Notes under the pieces: model-generated
Told to the model about the DNA's origin: nothing
The model's input: only the letters and a program-made list of their open reading frames with translations
The model's database searches: none
Program-made: the position numbers and the translations under genes
Shown here: in pieces, positions 54,218 through 62,693 of the stretch
Layout: every line of letters starts with the position of its first letter
Position numbering within the stretch: position 1 is the stretch's first letter
NCBI GenBank assembly: GCA_963717365.1
Contig: OY970327.1
Location: 991,752-1,055,751, forward strand
Source: Candidatus Saccharimonadia bacterium
Lineage (GTDB): Bacteria; Patescibacteriota; Saccharimonadia; Saccharimonadales; 2-12-FULL-41-12
DNA: 64,000 nt
Reading direction: 5' to 3'

Positions 54218-55383
54218 AGAAAATCTCGTGTTAATGGCAGATCGTTGTTTAGTCCTTTTGTAAAAACAATTTGAGAAAGGCTTAGGTCCCAGTACTCAAA
54301 ACTAGAGATTGAATTAGAAAGATATAGTCTCCACATTCTATAAAAACGCTCATCATACATTTTTATTACTGCGTCTTTGTTTGTTTCAAACCGCCGTAAC
54401 CACTCACGTAGTGTCAGCACATAATGCATACGTAGATTTTCGTAATCAACTAAACGGAAATTATACGCTGGGAAGTCTTTAATTATTTCACGGTATGAAG
54501 GTGCGTAACCGCCAGGAAAGATGTACTTATCAATCCATGGATCAACTCGAATTTCCCGTTCTTGAGTGATGGTATGAAGTACCGACACGCCGCCCGGCAC
54601 AAGCAACTTCTTGATAACCTTGTAATAGGTATGCAAGTTATTGCGGCCAACAGCCTCAAACATTCCGACGCTTACTATTCGATCAAACCTCATATCGCGT
54701 TTTAATAAGTCCTGATAATTACAATATTCAAAAGTAACCTTATCAGATACCTGCGCTTTTTGCGCCGCTGTTACAGAAAAATCATACTGTTCTTTACTTA
54801 ACGTTACGCCATGTCCAATCGCACCATAATCTTTAGCAGCTTTTATGAGTAAACCTCCCCAGCCAGAACCAATATCTAAAAGCGTGTGGCCTTTTGAGAG
54901 CTGTAATTTTTGCAGTACATGATCAATTTTTTGGGTTTGTGCATTTTCTAAGCTATCCGTCTTCGCATGATAGTAGCCGCACGTATACGTCATAGACTTG
55001 TCGAGCCATAACTTATAGAAATCGTTACCAATATCGTAGTGGCGTTCAATTTGACTTGCCTGCTTGGTGCGGGTATTGCGCTCAGCAAGCTGGGTGACAT
55101 TAGTTAATCCAAATTTACTAAACAAATGACTGTTTTGCGCCATGAGTTTGACGATTCCTGTGAGTGGGCCTTCGATTTCTATCAGACCATCCATATAGGC
55201 TTCGCCAAAACCCAGGCTCATATTACGAAGCATCGCTCGTAACGCTTTGGGTGTTTTAATCGTTATCCGGTTACATGGTTGTCCGCTACCATAAATTTCG
55301 GTCTGCCCGTCCCAGTAGGTAACTTGTAGGGCACCATGCTCAATGTTACTAAGTATCTTATGAAAGATTTGTTTAGTAACCAT
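54202..55383 (-). CDS. Cyclopropane-fatty-acyl-phospholipid synthase family SAM methyltransferase
   Basis: 393 aa. YDIGNDFYKLWLDKSMTYTCGYY, LLDIGSGWGG and MFEAVG motifs. Confidence 0.8.
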   Translation of the reverse strand: MVTKQIFHKILSNIEHGALQVTYWDGQTEIYGSGQPCNRITIKTPKALRAMLRNMSLGFGEAYMDGLIEIEGPLTGIVKLMAQNSHLFSKFGLTNVTQLAERNTRTKQASQIERHYDIGNDFYKLWLDKSMTYTCGYYHAKTDSLENAQTQKIDHVLQKLQLSKGHTLLDIGSGWGGLLIKAAKDYGAIGHGVTLSKEQYDFSVTAAQKAQVSDKVTFEYCNYQDLLKRDMRFDRIVSVGMFEAVGRNNLHTYYKVIKKLLVPGGVSVLHTITQEREIRVDPWIDKYIFPGGYAPSYREIIKDFPAYNFRLVDYENLRMHYVLTLREWLRRFETNKDAVIKMYDERFYRMWRLYLSNSISSFEYWDLSLSQIVFTKGLNNDLPLTRDFLYSSK

Positions 55384-55386
55384 TTA

Positions 55387-56082
55387 TTAAGGACACTCAA
55401 CTTCCATCAACTGCCGATTAGCACCCATAATAGTACGCCTTCTTGGAGCAGGACGTCTGCGTGCAATCAAGCTATCGCAGGAAGAAAACTGAAAGGTACC
55501 GTCCTGACTGCATCCAAAAATCCCTTTTCGGCTAGCTTGGTCAATAACTTCCCATCCATCTTCTTTGTAGATACGGAACAGCTCATTTGGCGAAAAAAGA
55601 GTCCGATGCGGCACTAAAGCTTGCTGATCAGCTGAAGCTACATACGACTCAATAATATTTAGACCATTTGGCTTAACACTGTTCTTGATTCCTGCCACAG
55701 TTCTTAAGCTCGCTGATCTGGCAATCATGTGCAGCGAGCTAGTTGCGATAGTCGCGTCAAAATTATTAAAGCCACTTACAAGTTCGGCCATATTCCCCTG
55801 TATAAATGAGTTTCGGAGTCCAGCAGCGCCTAGACTTGCGGCGATTCTTTGGCCTGTTTCAATGTATTCAGACTCAAGTTCAACTGACGTAACAGTATGC
55901 CCTTCTTGGGCTAAATAAAATCCATTGCGACCGTTATAAGCACCCAGGTCTAGGACTTGGGAGCAACGGGGAAGTAACGTCTCGGCAGTAATAACCAACG
56001 GCGTTGGCCGGATAAGCTCCGCTACAGCGGCGTATGGCGGACTTTCCCGCTCAAATGTTACCTCTTGACTGTCAATGCTCAT
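55387..56082 (-). CDS. Class I SAM-dependent methyltransferase
   Basis: VLDLGAYNGRNGFYLAQEGHTVTSVE (motif I) and ATIATSSLHM. Ends 3 nt upstream of the CFA-synthase-like start. Confidence 0.7.
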   Translation of the reverse strand: MSIDSQEVTFERESPPYAAVAELIRPTPLVITAETLLPRCSQVLDLGAYNGRNGFYLAQEGHTVTSVELESEYIETGQRIAASLGAAGLRNSFIQGNMAELVSGFNNFDATIATSSLHMIARSASLRTVAGIKNSVKPNGLNIIESYVASADQQALVPHRTLFSPNELFRIYKEDGWEVIDQASRKGIFGCSQDGTFQFSSCDSLIARRRPAPRRRTIMGANRQLMEVECP

Positions 56083-56178
56083 AGCTAAATTATTATACCG
56101 ACTATGTTTTTATGCAACAGACGACACCCTTTCCAGTATGAGTAAATTAAACAATAAATAATATTTTATATCAACTTG

Positions 56179-56187
56179 TGCCATAAT
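56179..56187 (+). promoter_or_regulatory. Extended -10 element (TGcCATAAT)
   Basis: tg-c-cataat at 56179-56187. No good -35. It would place a TSS about 30 nt upstream of the leader ORF. Confidence 0.4.
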
Positions 56188-56224
56188 GAACAATATAAAT
56201 CATGTAACGAAGGAGGATACAGCA

Positions 56225-56284
56225 ATGTTACATAATAAACGCGTTTGCACTTGGTCCGGCTTCGTTCAGCCGTTCTCAATCTAG
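56225..56284 (+). CDS. 19-aa leader ORF (MLHNKRVCTWSGFVQPFSI)
   Basis: Strong SD GAAGGAGGA (56209-56217) 7 nt upstream of the ATG. The stop abuts the terminator hairpin. Below the ORF-track cutoff. Confidence 0.4.
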   Translation: MLHNKRVCTWSGFVQPFSI

Positions 56285-56338
56285 CACCTGACACCAGATA
56301 GCTCGTAATGCTTTCTTGTTTGTCTCAGGTGTTTTTTT
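56285..56338 (+). terminator. Intrinsic-terminator-like hairpin + U7 between the leader ORF and the operon (candidate attenuator)
   Basis: CACCTGA (56285-56291) pairs with TCAGGTG (56325-56331), with extra flanking pairs, and is followed by TTTTTTT (56332-56338). Confidence 0.6.
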
Positions 56339-56372
56339 ATGTTCCAAAAAAACTTGATTGAGGAGAAAAGAC

Positions 56373-56981
56373 ATGACAATTGAAGAAAAATATACCCCGG
56401 ACATAACGTCGAGGGAATGCTTAGTAACCGTGCAAAAAGAGGGTGCTTTGCTGCTCAGGGAATTTGTTTCGGAAACCGAGCAGGTAAAGTTAACAACTGA
56501 AGTTCTGTCGCATCAACTAACACCTGTTGATCGGTCAAATCACACGATACCGGAACAATTCGAAGATATTGGTTGGGAGTTTCCTGACTGTCCACCCAGG
56601 GTACTAGCGCTTGGTAAACGAATAAGTTGTCTGGTCTGCCCAGAACTGCCGTTATGGGAAGCAAATCATGTGCGGGCGCAGTTATATTCCCCGGGAGAAG
56701 TAGGGATTGACTGGCACCGCGATTATAAGCGGGATTTAAGGCTGGTTGCCGTTGCATCATTCATCGGTGCTGCCCAGTTTGATATTGAACTGCGACAAGG
56801 TGAAGTGTCGTGGCAACTGAATCCGGGTGACTTAGTGTTGATGCGCGGAGCATTACTTACGGGTAAAAAAGACGACCGGCCACGGCACCGGGTATTTGCG
56901 CCGGAACAAGGTCAGCGACTTTCGGTTGCATACCGTCACGTAACAAGCGAAGTACCAGAATTGGAGCCCCAACATGGATAA
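56373..56981 (+). CDS. AlkB-like Fe(II)/2-oxoglutarate dioxygenase
   Basis: HxD in IDWHRDY, distal His in RPRHRV, and RLSVAYR resembling the RxSxTxR 2OG-binding motif. GAGGAG SD before ATG 56373 (the track start 56358 is TTG). Confidence 0.65.
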   Translation: MTIEEKYTPDITSRECLVTVQKEGALLLREFVSETEQVKLTTEVLSHQLTPVDRSNHTIPEQFEDIGWEFPDCPPRVLALGKRISCLVCPELPLWEANHVRAQLYSPGEVGIDWHRDYKRDLRLVAVASFIGAAQFDIELRQGEVSWQLNPGDLVLMRGALLTGKKDDRPRHRVFAPEQGQRLSVAYRHVTSEVPELEPQHG

Positions 56982-57519
56982 GATTAAAAAAAACGTTGCT
57001 GCGATTTTGTCTGGAATCGATCCAGAGCCAACCCGGGAAGGCTTACAAAGAACTCCGGAACGGTATGCCCAATTCCTGAAAGATTTTACGTCACCACCCG
57101 AATTTTCACCGACGCTGTTTGCAGGCGAAGGCTACGACGAAATGGTGGTACAGGACAATATAACGTTTTACAGTTTGTGCGAACACCATCTATTGCCATT
57201 TTTTGGTACCGGCACAATTGCATATATTCCAGACCAAGAGATTATTGGTCTGTCAAAACTTGCCCGGATGTTGGAGCATTTTAGCCGCCGTCTGCAGAAC
57301 CAAGAACGTATTACTTCCCAAGTAGCTGATTGTTTGAACGAAGTTGCTTCTCCAAAAGGTGTCGGCGTAATTTTAACGGCCCGGCATCTATGCATGGAAA
57401 TGCGCGGTGTAACTAAGCCGGGCGCATGCACGACAACTTCAACGGTGCGCGGCATATTTAAAACCAACCCCCAAACCCGGGGCGAATTTCTAAATCTTAC
57501 ACAAGGGAGATCAAGATGA
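56974..57519 (+). CDS. folE: GTP cyclohydrolase I (type 1)
   Basis: LQRTPERYAQ, YSLCEHHLLPFFG, IGLSKLARMLEHFSRRLQNQERIT and HLCMEMRGV. Overlaps the upstream gene by 8 nt. Confidence 0.9.
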   Translation: MDKIKKNVAAILSGIDPEPTREGLQRTPERYAQFLKDFTSPPEFSPTLFAGEGYDEMVVQDNITFYSLCEHHLLPFFGTGTIAYIPDQEIIGLSKLARMLEHFSRRLQNQERITSQVADCLNEVASPKGVGVILTARHLCMEMRGVTKPGACTTTSTVRGIFKTNPQTRGEFLNLTQGRSR

Positions 57520-58271
57520 CAAAACTAGTCGGCATTCTCAATATCACGCCGGATAGTTTTTCCGATGGCGGTGACTGGAATAATCCAGAACAGGCTGCAG
57601 CTCGGGTTGATCAGTTGTTCTTAGAAGGCGCCGATATAGTAGATATTGGCGCCGAATCAACTCGCCCAGGCGCCCAGGAAGTTTCTATAGAGGATGAATG
57701 GGCAAGACTTAATCCATTACTGAAGAAGCTTAGAAAGACACATGATCCAGCTCGTTTTTCAATTGATACCCGGCACGGCGAAATTGCTCAGCGCGTTGTA
57801 CATACCTGGTCATCTAATATTTTGATTAATGATGTTACGGGGCTCAGTGATCGGCGCATGATAGAGGTCGTGTCACTAAACGGTCTCCGAGTTGTGCTTA
57901 GTCATTTGCCGTTTGTCGCAAGTGGTAGCCTGGCTCGGGCGCACCAAGAAAAAATGACAAGCCAGGAAGCAGTCTATAACGAACTAATGTTGCAGTACGA
58001 GAAATTGCATAAATGGGGAGTTGATCAAGATAAACTCATTCTGGACCCCGGTATCGGTTTTGGAAAGTCGCCAGAACTTAATCAAGAGTTAATACATTTT
58101 GGCTCCATGACTGAATTGCCAGTAATGATTGGCTATTCTAGAAAACGATTTTTAGGCGAGCGCCGGTTTGATCCGGATTTTAATGTTAGCCTTGGACGGC
58201 TAGCTATAGCTTCTGGAGCTAGTTATTTACGAGTACATGACGTGGCAGCGCATCATGAATTACTTAATTGA
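57516..58271 (+). CDS. folP: Dihydropteroate synthase
   Basis: GILNITPDSFSDGG, DIGAESTRPG, SIDT, INDV, DPGIGFGK and RVHDV. ATGA overlap with folE. Confidence 0.9.
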   Translation: MTKLVGILNITPDSFSDGGDWNNPEQAAARVDQLFLEGADIVDIGAESTRPGAQEVSIEDEWARLNPLLKKLRKTHDPARFSIDTRHGEIAQRVVHTWSSNILINDVTGLSDRRMIEVVSLNGLRVVLSHLPFVASGSLARAHQEKMTSQEAVYNELMLQYEKLHKWGVDQDKLILDPGIGFGKSPELNQELIHFGSMTELPVMIGYSRKRFLGERRFDPDFNVSLGRLAIASGASYLRVHDVAAHHELLN

Positions 58272-58311
58272 ATAATGTATTAAAGCGCCGCCACATATTG
58301 GATTACCTGTA

Positions 58312-58707
58312 ATGAACAATTACGAAAATTTATTTATCGTACAAACCTCAACAATACCGGATGCAGGAGTCGGTTGTTTCGCCATGTCTCATATTGATGA
58401 TAGTGTAAGACTGAATAGCCAACCAGCCGAAGGCACCACCAGGGTACTGGCTGAAGAGGAAATTCCTGATGCCTACCTCAAATACTGCCCACTGCTCGAA
58501 TCGGGTCTCTATCTAGCTCCTGCAAATTTTACGGTGATGGCAGTATTTTGGTATATTAATCATGCCAAGCGTCCCAATACCAAAGTCATAGAAGGAAAAA
58601 TTTACGCGGCGCGCGACCTAGAGCCTGAAGAAGAACTCACTATGTACTACCCAGATTTGTTAACACATCCAAAAAATAAACTGTGGCTTCGGCCGGAACA
58701 TGTATAG
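58312..58707 (+). CDS. SET-domain protein (putative lysine methyltransferase)
   Basis: 131 aa. IPDAGVGCFA (GxG-FA), YINHAKRPN (NHSxxPN-like) and EEELTMYY (ELxxDY-like). Confidence 0.65.
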   Translation: MNNYENLFIVQTSTIPDAGVGCFAMSHIDDSVRLNSQPAEGTTRVLAEEEIPDAYLKYCPLLESGLYLAPANFTVMAVFWYINHAKRPNTKVIEGKIYAARDLEPEEELTMYYPDLLTHPKNKLWLRPEHV

Positions 58708-58731
58708 ACGGTGCTATTGTAGCCGATGAGC

Positions 58732-59508
58732 TTATTCAGCACGTTGGAAAACGTCATAGGTCCAACTGCCCTCAACCGGAATAACTCGCAGTACAAAGTC
58801 GGCACTTTCAATAGCCGGGATCGTATACGGGATATGCTGTCTATGTTGTCTAAAATTGAAACTGCCGGTTATTTTCTCTGGATCGTCCCCACCCCTCAGT
58901 TCAAGGTCGCGGCTTATACGATTTTGCAGGCGCACAACATCCGGTACATGAAGATAAATGACTAAATCCGGTGCTTCTACTGGGTGAAAGTCTCCTTCAA
59001 CAAATAAGACATTAACTTTGCCTACTTTATGCGTGTAGTTTTCCTTACCAGCATCAATTGCCAGCCCAGTTGTCTGGTCATAAGTTGGAACTACTACGGG
59101 TTTATCACTTATATTTTGTTTAATTAATTCAATATTGCGGTTCAGGAGGTCAAAGTCATACTTACCAATAGGATCTTCTGGATCATCGCCTTCAAAATGC
59201 TCCCACCGCCAGGCGCGGTCACCGCGGTTGTAATCATCTGTACCAATTGAATCGGCAGCAATGCCGGCTTTTGCTAATTCTCCAATAACTGAACGTGTAA
59301 AGGTAGATTTTCCGCTAGCCGCGCCACCAATTAATGAAATAACCTTCACTGTTTCCGCAGGTAATTCTTCAATCCTTTTTGCGAGAAATGTAATAACCTG
59401 TGTGTCTGAGAATTTGTTTTGCTTAATTTCAAAATTGTCAGCTAAGACTGATTCTACAAATGCTTCACTATCCTGAGTCGTGTCACTAGGCTCGTGATTA
59501 GCTGTCAT
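58732..59508 (-). CDS. Uridine kinase/phosphoribulokinase-family P-loop kinase
   Basis: P-loop LIGGAASGKST, IGTDDYNRGDR, VLFVEGDF and RISRDLELRG. Confidence 0.65.
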   Translation of the reverse strand: MTANHEPSDTTQDSEAFVESVLADNFEIKQNKFSDTQVITFLAKRIEELPAETVKVISLIGGAASGKSTFTRSVIGELAKAGIAADSIGTDDYNRGDRAWRWEHFEGDDPEDPIGKYDFDLLNRNIELIKQNISDKPVVVPTYDQTTGLAIDAGKENYTHKVGKVNVLFVEGDFHPVEAPDLVIYLHVPDVVRLQNRISRDLELRGGDDPEKITGSFNFRQHRQHIPYTIPAIESADFVLRVIPVEGSWTYDVFQRAE

Positions 59509-59537
59509 CGCTATATCATAGCAGACAGTTTAGGGCA

Positions 59538-60314
59538 TCAATCATCGTACGTTAAAGTTTTTCGATTATCGACACCGTTGCTCATCAAGTGCATATCCAT
59601 GAAAGCACGTGCTGTGGCACTGTCGAAACCAAATTGATCAAGTGCGTAATCTCCTAAAGCGACTACCAGGGCGCTGATTACTTCGACGCGCTCACTTTCT
59701 TCGCACCATCTGTCCCACGCTAAGTCCGCAAGTTTACTGATAAAGAATGCGCTGTTTGTATCATCATTTTGCATTCTGTATGATGGCGTTACCAAAGGAT
59801 CAACATCTGTTAGAAGGGCTATCGGCTCACTATTACGTTGCACAACTAGAAACATGTCTTCTCTGATCATTTCTGGTGCTGGGATATAGTCTCCACTCGT
59901 AGTAAGAAGTCTGCCCAAGCTATTTGCTACTGCTTTTTTAGTGTCGGTAGGTGCTGTCGCAAATGGTTGCCCATCTTCCAGATATTCGCTAACTATAATA
60001 AAGGGGTATTCGCCATCTGCTTCCACTAAACCGCTTGGGACAATATCGAGTGCAACATCTGAAAATGCACGATGCATTCCTTCCCATGCTGTTCTGAAAC
60101 CTATGCCATAGCAGAACCTTATGTCATCAATAGCTAAAGATGTAAAATTTCTGGTGACAAATCGCTCACCATCTGATGACTCAACAATCTGTAGCAACTT
60201 ATCATTATGCGTACTCAGCACTTCAATAGGACTTGCAGCAGCAGCACGTTCATATAGTAGTTGATTCATATTGCTAGCAAGTGATTCGTATTGTTCAAAA
60301 CTCGGCGTGTTCAT
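59538..60314 (-). CDS. Hypothetical protein, possibly protein-kinase-like/phosphotransferase fold
   Basis: 258 aa. FIIVSEYLEDG is hinge-like and LLTDVDPL is Asp-rich loop-like. The fold assignment is weak and motif-only. Confidence 0.35.
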   Translation of the reverse strand: MNTPSFEQYESLASNMNQLLYERAAAASPIEVLSTHNDKLLQIVESSDGERFVTRNFTSLAIDDIRFCYGIGFRTAWEGMHRAFSDVALDIVPSGLVEADGEYPFIIVSEYLEDGQPFATAPTDTKKAVANSLGRLLTTSGDYIPAPEMIREDMFLVVQRNSEPIALLTDVDPLVTPSYRMQNDDTNSAFFISKLADLAWDRWCEESERVEVISALVVALGDYALDQFGFDSATARAFMDMHLMSNGVDNRKTLTYDD

Positions 60315-60364
60315 CTATATAGCAATATTACTATATTTTTATCAAATCGCAAGCACTAGCAAAA

Positions 60365-60835
60365 TCAACTAGCTGTATCGGTCTCAGGAACCGGCGGGGG
60401 TACCTCACCAGTAACAACTTCAAGCAGACGTTCATGAAAATTGCTGCGCTCAATAACTGATATGACACTCTCTGGTATTGCCAAAACTTCAGCTAGGGTT
60501 AGCGGTGGCCGAGGTTGTCTTACGAAATAGACCAAACCCTCAACCAGAGCATCTTCTCCCATAGGAGTAATGCATCCATAATAAGGAGTTTGGCCACGGT
60601 GTGTGGCTTTTGTTAAACGATCATACTCTAAGTACTGCAGGGCTGCCAAGCCACCCATTCTTCTGGTTAGTCCATTCCTGTCGAAGGGTTTTGGCGATAG
60701 TGGGCTTACTTCCATAGCAGTAATCAGTTCACGAGTGGTGAACCAAGGATCATCTGTAGTTGATCGGTAAAGTCCATAACCGAGAATAACGGCTTCCATT
60801 GGGACAAGCTTACCGGGTACTTCTTTTGAGGGCAT
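60365..60835 (-). CDS. Hypothetical protein (possibly winged-helix-like)
   Basis: 156 aa, first gene of a three-gene minus-strand cluster. No motif recognised with confidence. Confidence 0.4.
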   Translation of the reverse strand: MPSKEVPGKLVPMEAVILGYGLYRSTTDDPWFTTRELITAMEVSPLSPKPFDRNGLTRRMGGLAALQYLEYDRLTKATHRGQTPYYGCITPMGEDALVEGLVYFVRQPRPPLTLAEVLAIPESVISVIERSNFHERLLEVVTGEVPPPVPETDTAS

Positions 60836-60932
60836 ACTTATATTGTATCATAAAATACATATTTATGCAAGTAATTACAAAAGAATGGGGGGAGTAATTA
60901 TTTCGTTTATTTAGGGCTCAAACAACAGTTTA

Positions 60933-61937
60933 CTAAGGGGTTGTAGCGAGTTGGTCGTGGCTCTTGTTGCCTGCTTTTAAGATAATCTGAGCATCTTTGG
61001 CAGCAATCTTAAGACTTTCGGCACCAAGTACGACGGCAATTGATAATTCTTCACTACCGCTCTCAGATTTTCTAATATTCGCTACCATAAAGCATTTGCC
61101 AGCCTCATCAGTATCGCCTACCTTAATGCCAACAACGCCTTCTTCATTCATAAAAGCATTATAATTTTTTATCTTTCCAGTAAAGGGAAGCGTTGCATCC
61201 GGCTGGTAAGCTATTTCGCGTAACACAGGGTTTTGCATATATATGTAACCGAGTTTTGCCATGTTTTCCGCCGTGCTGAACGTCTTTGGCGAGTAGCCAC
61301 TAGCATCTGCAACGATTGTGTTATCTAAGCCTAAATTTTTTAGCATCTGGTTAGCGTAGACAACGTATGCTTCCATAGATCCAAAGATTTGTATGACTAA
61401 GCTGTCGGACATGTTGTTCGCAGAAACCATAAGTATTGCCTGTAAAGCTTGGTACTGACTAATTTGCTCACCCACCTCTATAGGAATTACGGTTCCATTT
61501 TTACGTACATAGTCGGTGTATATTGCAATATCTTGCTCTTTTAGCGTAATCATTGGTCCCTGTTCACCCGATTTTAGGGGTTGTTTTTGTAGTATCGCCA
61601 AGGCAGTTATTACTTTTGCTAAACTTGCCACGGGAACCGTTTGCGCATTGGTGTCTGAAGTCGCAAAAAGGCCATCCTTAGGTACAAAATACGCAGAGTG
61701 CCCATAGCCTGGCCAAGGTATAGCAGTAGTGAAACGGGGCTGGGCTGCGGCAGCAGGTGGTTGCGAAACTTGATTAAGGGCAGGTTTATTTTCTTCAATA
61801 GTCTGTGCTTTTGCTGGATTAAGAATAAATGAATAAGCGCCAAAGGCAAGTGCGCTGAGGGATAACGTAGCAATTATAAAACGCCGGAACGGATGGGTTC
61901 TGCTAATGCCGGTATCAATATAGTAATGCTTAATCAC
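60933..61937 (-). CDS. D-alanyl-D-alanine carboxypeptidase (S11/PBP5-like)
   Basis: SxxK in VASLAKVITAL, SxN in VSANNMSD, KTG-like IKVGDT. N-terminal anchor. Confidence 0.75.
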   Translation of the reverse strand: MIKHYYIDTGISRTHPFRRFIIATLSLSALAFGAYSFILNPAKAQTIEENKPALNQVSQPPAAAAQPRFTTAIPWPGYGHSAYFVPKDGLFATSDTNAQTVPVASLAKVITALAILQKQPLKSGEQGPMITLKEQDIAIYTDYVRKNGTVIPIEVGEQISQYQALQAILMVSANNMSDSLVIQIFGSMEAYVVYANQMLKNLGLDNTIVADASGYSPKTFSTAENMAKLGYIYMQNPVLREIAYQPDATLPFTGKIKNYNAFMNEEGVVGIKVGDTDEAGKCFMVANIRKSESGSEELSIAVVLGAESLKIAAKDAQIILKAGNKSHDQLATTP

Positions 61938-62006
61938 AAGTTATTAATTATAACCCTAAATTTTAATTTTGTAGAGATGCCCGTCGCCTGACATAGAGGG
62001 CGTTAT

Positions 62007-62618
62007 TTATAAATATTGCTTGCTTCGTTTGCAAAAAGCAAAGGTCAGGCCCATTGCAAACACAACCAGTACGGTTGCGACTTGGTTATACGCTAAGTAC
62101 TGACTAGCTTGTTCGGAGTACTGCAGGAAGTAAAGAAGCCCAGATAAAGCCACAAACATAAACGTAATAACGTGCTTTAGCGTAGTGCTCTTTAATTCTT
62201 TATGTAGCATTGAAAAATTTGAAGACGAATACAAGATTAGGCCACCAAGCGCCACAATAATTGCTGAGATCCGTAAAAAATTATCGTGTGTAACGGCGCC
62301 TAAAACAAGCGGCGTTGCAATAATTAACAGATAAAGTCCTAAAAATTCAAATATGTTATTGGCGTAAATTAAATATTTCTTAACATTGCCGACATGGTCT
62401 AGAGTTATTTCTTCGCTGGCATTGCTATAAATAGATGCGGCAAATATATAACTGAAAGTTGAAATAATTAAGAACAACAAGGGAACGCGTATTGTGTCAT
62501 CGAAGGAGTTGTATTGAGCAATTAGAATACCGGTAAAAAATAATGCAATCGCGGCCATAAGCGAAGCAAACGTAACTCCAACCGAAACCTCCCAGTTATA
62601 ACTGCTTCTGTCTTTCAT
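62007..62618 (-). CDS. Hypothetical polytopic membrane protein
   Basis: 203 aa with about 6 hydrophobic segments. Confidence 0.5.
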   Translation of the reverse strand: MKDRSSYNWEVSVGVTFASLMAAIALFFTGILIAQYNSFDDTIRVPLLFLIISTFSYIFAASIYSNASEEITLDHVGNVKKYLIYANNIFEFLGLYLLIIATPLVLGAVTHDNFLRISAIIVALGGLILYSSSNFSMLHKELKSTTLKHVITFMFVALSGLLYFLQYSEQASQYLAYNQVATVLVVFAMGLTFAFCKRSKQYL

Positions 62619-62693
62619 TTACTTAGAGTATACGACAAAATTTTTATTGTTCCCAAATATAACTTATTTTGAGCTGTTGAGCAAAAGATGGAA

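Noticed and set aside
57516-57519. Alternative genetic code (UGA recoding, as in some CPR lineages)
   Set aside because: ORFs are long and uninterrupted under the standard code. UGA terminates well-aligned proteins, for example folE at 57517-57519.
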